Source of the DNA: a bacterium
Lineage (GTDB): Bacteria; SAR324; NAC60-12
Direction: 5' to 3'
Assembly (NCBI GenBank): GCA_965233585.1
Contig: CBDDTI010000743.1
Span: forward strand, 1 to 20,032
Length of the DNA: 20,032 bases
Shown: piece by piece, positions 18,380 to 20,032 of the stretch
Layout: each line of letters begins with the position of its first letter
Position numbering within the stretch: position 1 is the stretch's first letter
Made by a program: the position numbers and the translations under genes
The notes under the pieces: generated by a model
Database searches by the model: none
What the model was told of the DNA's origin: nothing
Seen by the model: only the letters and a program-made list of their open reading frames with translations

Positions 18380-19173
18380 TTATTTACAAATTTGACATTT
18401 AGACATTTTGTTGTTAACAATAAGACAATTTCCTAGCGATAAAGTGTGACATCCGCAATTTAAAACATATCTTTTGGAATCCATTGCCGACAACGCAATT
18501 TTTCTTTGAAAACACGTTCGGATTTTGTGATTCTTTGATCTTAAATTTTTAAAAGATTTGTAAATTACAACAGTTTGCTTTAAGCACTTTTTGTAATCTG
18601 CATAAGTTAATTGCTTTTTTATACTAGATTTTTTTAAACCTTTGCATACTTTTTTCTCATCAGTTTTGTTTTTGTCCAAAAAATCGGCTATTTTCATAGA
18701 ATAACATTTTGGACGTAAGCCTATAAAATCAGTAATAGCCGCTCTACCTTTTAATTCATCTTTAAAATAAAAAAGTTGATTGGCTTTACTGTCGTCAAAA
18801 AGTGGATGTTGTTTAGGGTACTTTGAAAAATCAAACATGTGTTTCAATCTCTCCATTTCCCTTTCCAAATTGTTGCATTTAACTTTTAAAAGAAAAGAAT
18901 CCGTGTCCGAAAAACACAAAGATACATTGTCTTTGCCGAAATGTTTTTGAATGGTGTCATAGTATGATCTGTACATAAACAACTTGGACAACTCCAAAAT
19001 GGAAAATCCGACGGCTAAAGGCTTCTTAAGTTCTATCATTGCCGGCTTCTTGTTGACAGCCACTAAATTCTCATTAATGATTTGAAAATTGTTGATGTGC
19101 TGACCAAGACTGGCTTTCCTCAGACTTTTTTCATCTCCACAAAGGACCACTTCGATGTAATTTCGAACATTTT
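18380..19173 (-). CDS. polB: Protein-primed family B DNA polymerase, last exon (motif C region and thumb)
   Basis: ENVRN..KPLAVGFSILELSKLFMY..SDTDSF..FDFSKYP..HPLF..FKDE..FIGLRPKCYS..KGL. Homology begins right after the acceptor TTTTATATTTTTCAG (AG at 19175-19174). Confidence 0.9.
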
Positions 19174-19349
19174 CTGAAAAATATAAAATAAAATTAAACA
19201 TTTTATAAAGAATACAACATTTTTATAAAAATTCATTATAAAGTGTGTAGGAGTTTGGAGATTTATTTTTTAAAAACTTCCCAAAACCATGTGGCAATTT
19301 TCAAAACAAACTTTGGACAGGAAGAGGAGGAGGAAGAAGAAAAGGAAAA

Positions 19350-20032
19350 ATGATGATGATGGAGATGAGGAGGGGGTACAGGAGGTTAAGGGAGGAAAGG
19401 GAGGAAGATGAAGAGCCGCTTTTGACAGTGGAGAAGAAGGAGGTGGAGGAGAAGAGGAAGAACCGGAGACCGGGCCTGATCCGGCGGATCCGGTCGGCCG
19501 TGGCCGACATTTTCGATGCTCCGCCGTCCGCTGCCGCCTCCGCCACCGCTAGCGCCGCTGCCGTTGCACTCTCTGTTAGCGTTGCTGTGCTCGCCGCCAA
19601 CGGTGCTGGCGGTGGCGGAGGCGGCAGCGGTCGCGCTGTCCGAGGCCTTCAAAATGAAAATTTTATTGAGCCTGACGTCCCCACCGGCATTCTTGTCGAC
19701 CTCCCGCCAATAACATCTCCTCCAACGTCCCCACCGAGGTGCCCACTGAGGTCCCCGTCCCCACCGAGGCGCTCATCGAAGCTCCCACCGAGTCCCCCAT
19801 CGAGATGCTCATCGAGGCCCCCACCGAGTTTCTCATCGAGGTCCCCACCGCTGAGATTCCCTCCAACGTCCCCACCGAGGTGCCCATTGAGGTCCCCGTC
19901 CCCATCGAGGTGCCCATCGAGGCCCCCACCGAGTTCCCCACCGAGGCGTTCATCGAGTTCCCCATCGAGATCCCCACTGACGTCCCCATCGAGGCCCCCA
20001 TCCCCATCAGACTCCCCGCCGCAGACGTCGGG
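19350..20032 (+). CDS. GC-rich Ser/Pro/Arg low-complexity protein, open to the window end, antisense within the polB intron
   Basis: Manual translation from the ATG at 19350: MMMMEMRRGYRRLREEREEDEE..RKNRRPGLIRR..AAAVALSVSVAVLAA..TSPPTSPPRCPLRSPSPPRR.., with no stop up to 20032 (so absent from the ORF track); TATAAA boxes at 19204-19242. Confidence 0.5.
   Translation, partial: MMMMEMRRGYRRLREEREEDEEPLLTVEKKEVEEKRKNRRPGLIRRIRSAVADIFDAPPSAAASATASAAAVALSVSVAVLAANGAGGGGGGSGRAVRGLQNENFIEPDVPTGILVDLPPITSPPTSPPRCPLRSPSPPRRSSKLPPSPPSRCSSRPPPSFSSRSPPLRFPPTSPPRCPLRSPSPSRCPSRPPPSSPPRRSSSSPSRSPLTSPSRPPSPSDSPPQTS
19715..20010 (+). repeat. 12-bp-unit GC-rich minisatellite (CCCCA[C/T]CGAGG) with a 141-bp higher-order duplication
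   Basis: CTCCAACGTCCCCACCGAGGTGCCCA[C/T]TGAGGTCCCCGTCCCCA occurs at 19720 and 19861; unit lengths are multiples of 3. Confidence 0.8.

Larger units (their letters stand above)
7000..20032. mobile_element. Polinton/Maverick (adintovirus-like) endogenous virus, left part; continues beyond the window
   Basis: Terminus AGTAGTAG at 7000 with an abrupt break from Gypsy pol; repeat-rich terminal region; hallmark genes integrase, pPolB, ATPase, adenain protease, major and minor capsid proteins. Confidence 0.95.
19174..20032 (-). other. Putative phase-1 spliceosomal intron of polB (at least 859 nt; donor outside the window)
   Basis: T-rich tract plus CAG exactly where PolB homology stops, splitting the Glu codon G|AA of E-N-V-R just after the missing motif B (NxxYGK). 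Confidence 0.6.

Noticed and set aside
19174..19201. PolB starting at MFNFILYFS
   Set aside because: This is the translated T-rich splice-acceptor tract; a protein starting here would lack motifs A and B.
19301..20007. Minus-strand ORFs (MGTSVG repeats, Ala-rich ORFs)
   Set aside because: Several frames are open because of the GC-rich 12-bp repeat; the + frame from 19350 is longer and has an ATG with upstream TATA boxes, although the true frame is unproven.

Overview
Eukaryotic (probably invertebrate/arthropod) repeat-rich DNA made of nested mobile elements. 1-6999: a decayed minus-strand Ty3/Gypsy-type LTR retrotransposon (3' LTR 174-409 with PPT, pol/integrase remnants, an env-like gene resembling chuvirus-type glycoproteins), interrupted by a 377-bp MITE and unassigned AT-rich DNA. 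7000 to the window end: the left ~13 kb of a Polinton/Maverick (adintovirus-like) endogenous virus, starting at an AGTAGTAG terminus inserted into the Gypsy pol. It encodes a tandem-domain penton, a DDE integrase with chromodomain, core/membrane-lytic proteins, major capsid protein, adenain-like protease, packaging ATPase and the 3' exon of a protein-primed PolB. Most notable: the element carries adjacent intronless TBP-like and TFIIB-like genes in the middle of its virion module, suggesting its own transcription pre-initiation module. Its PolB also appears split by a phase-1 spliceosomal intron that hosts a GC-rich antisense ORF. All calls come from motif recognition by eye; no database searches were run.
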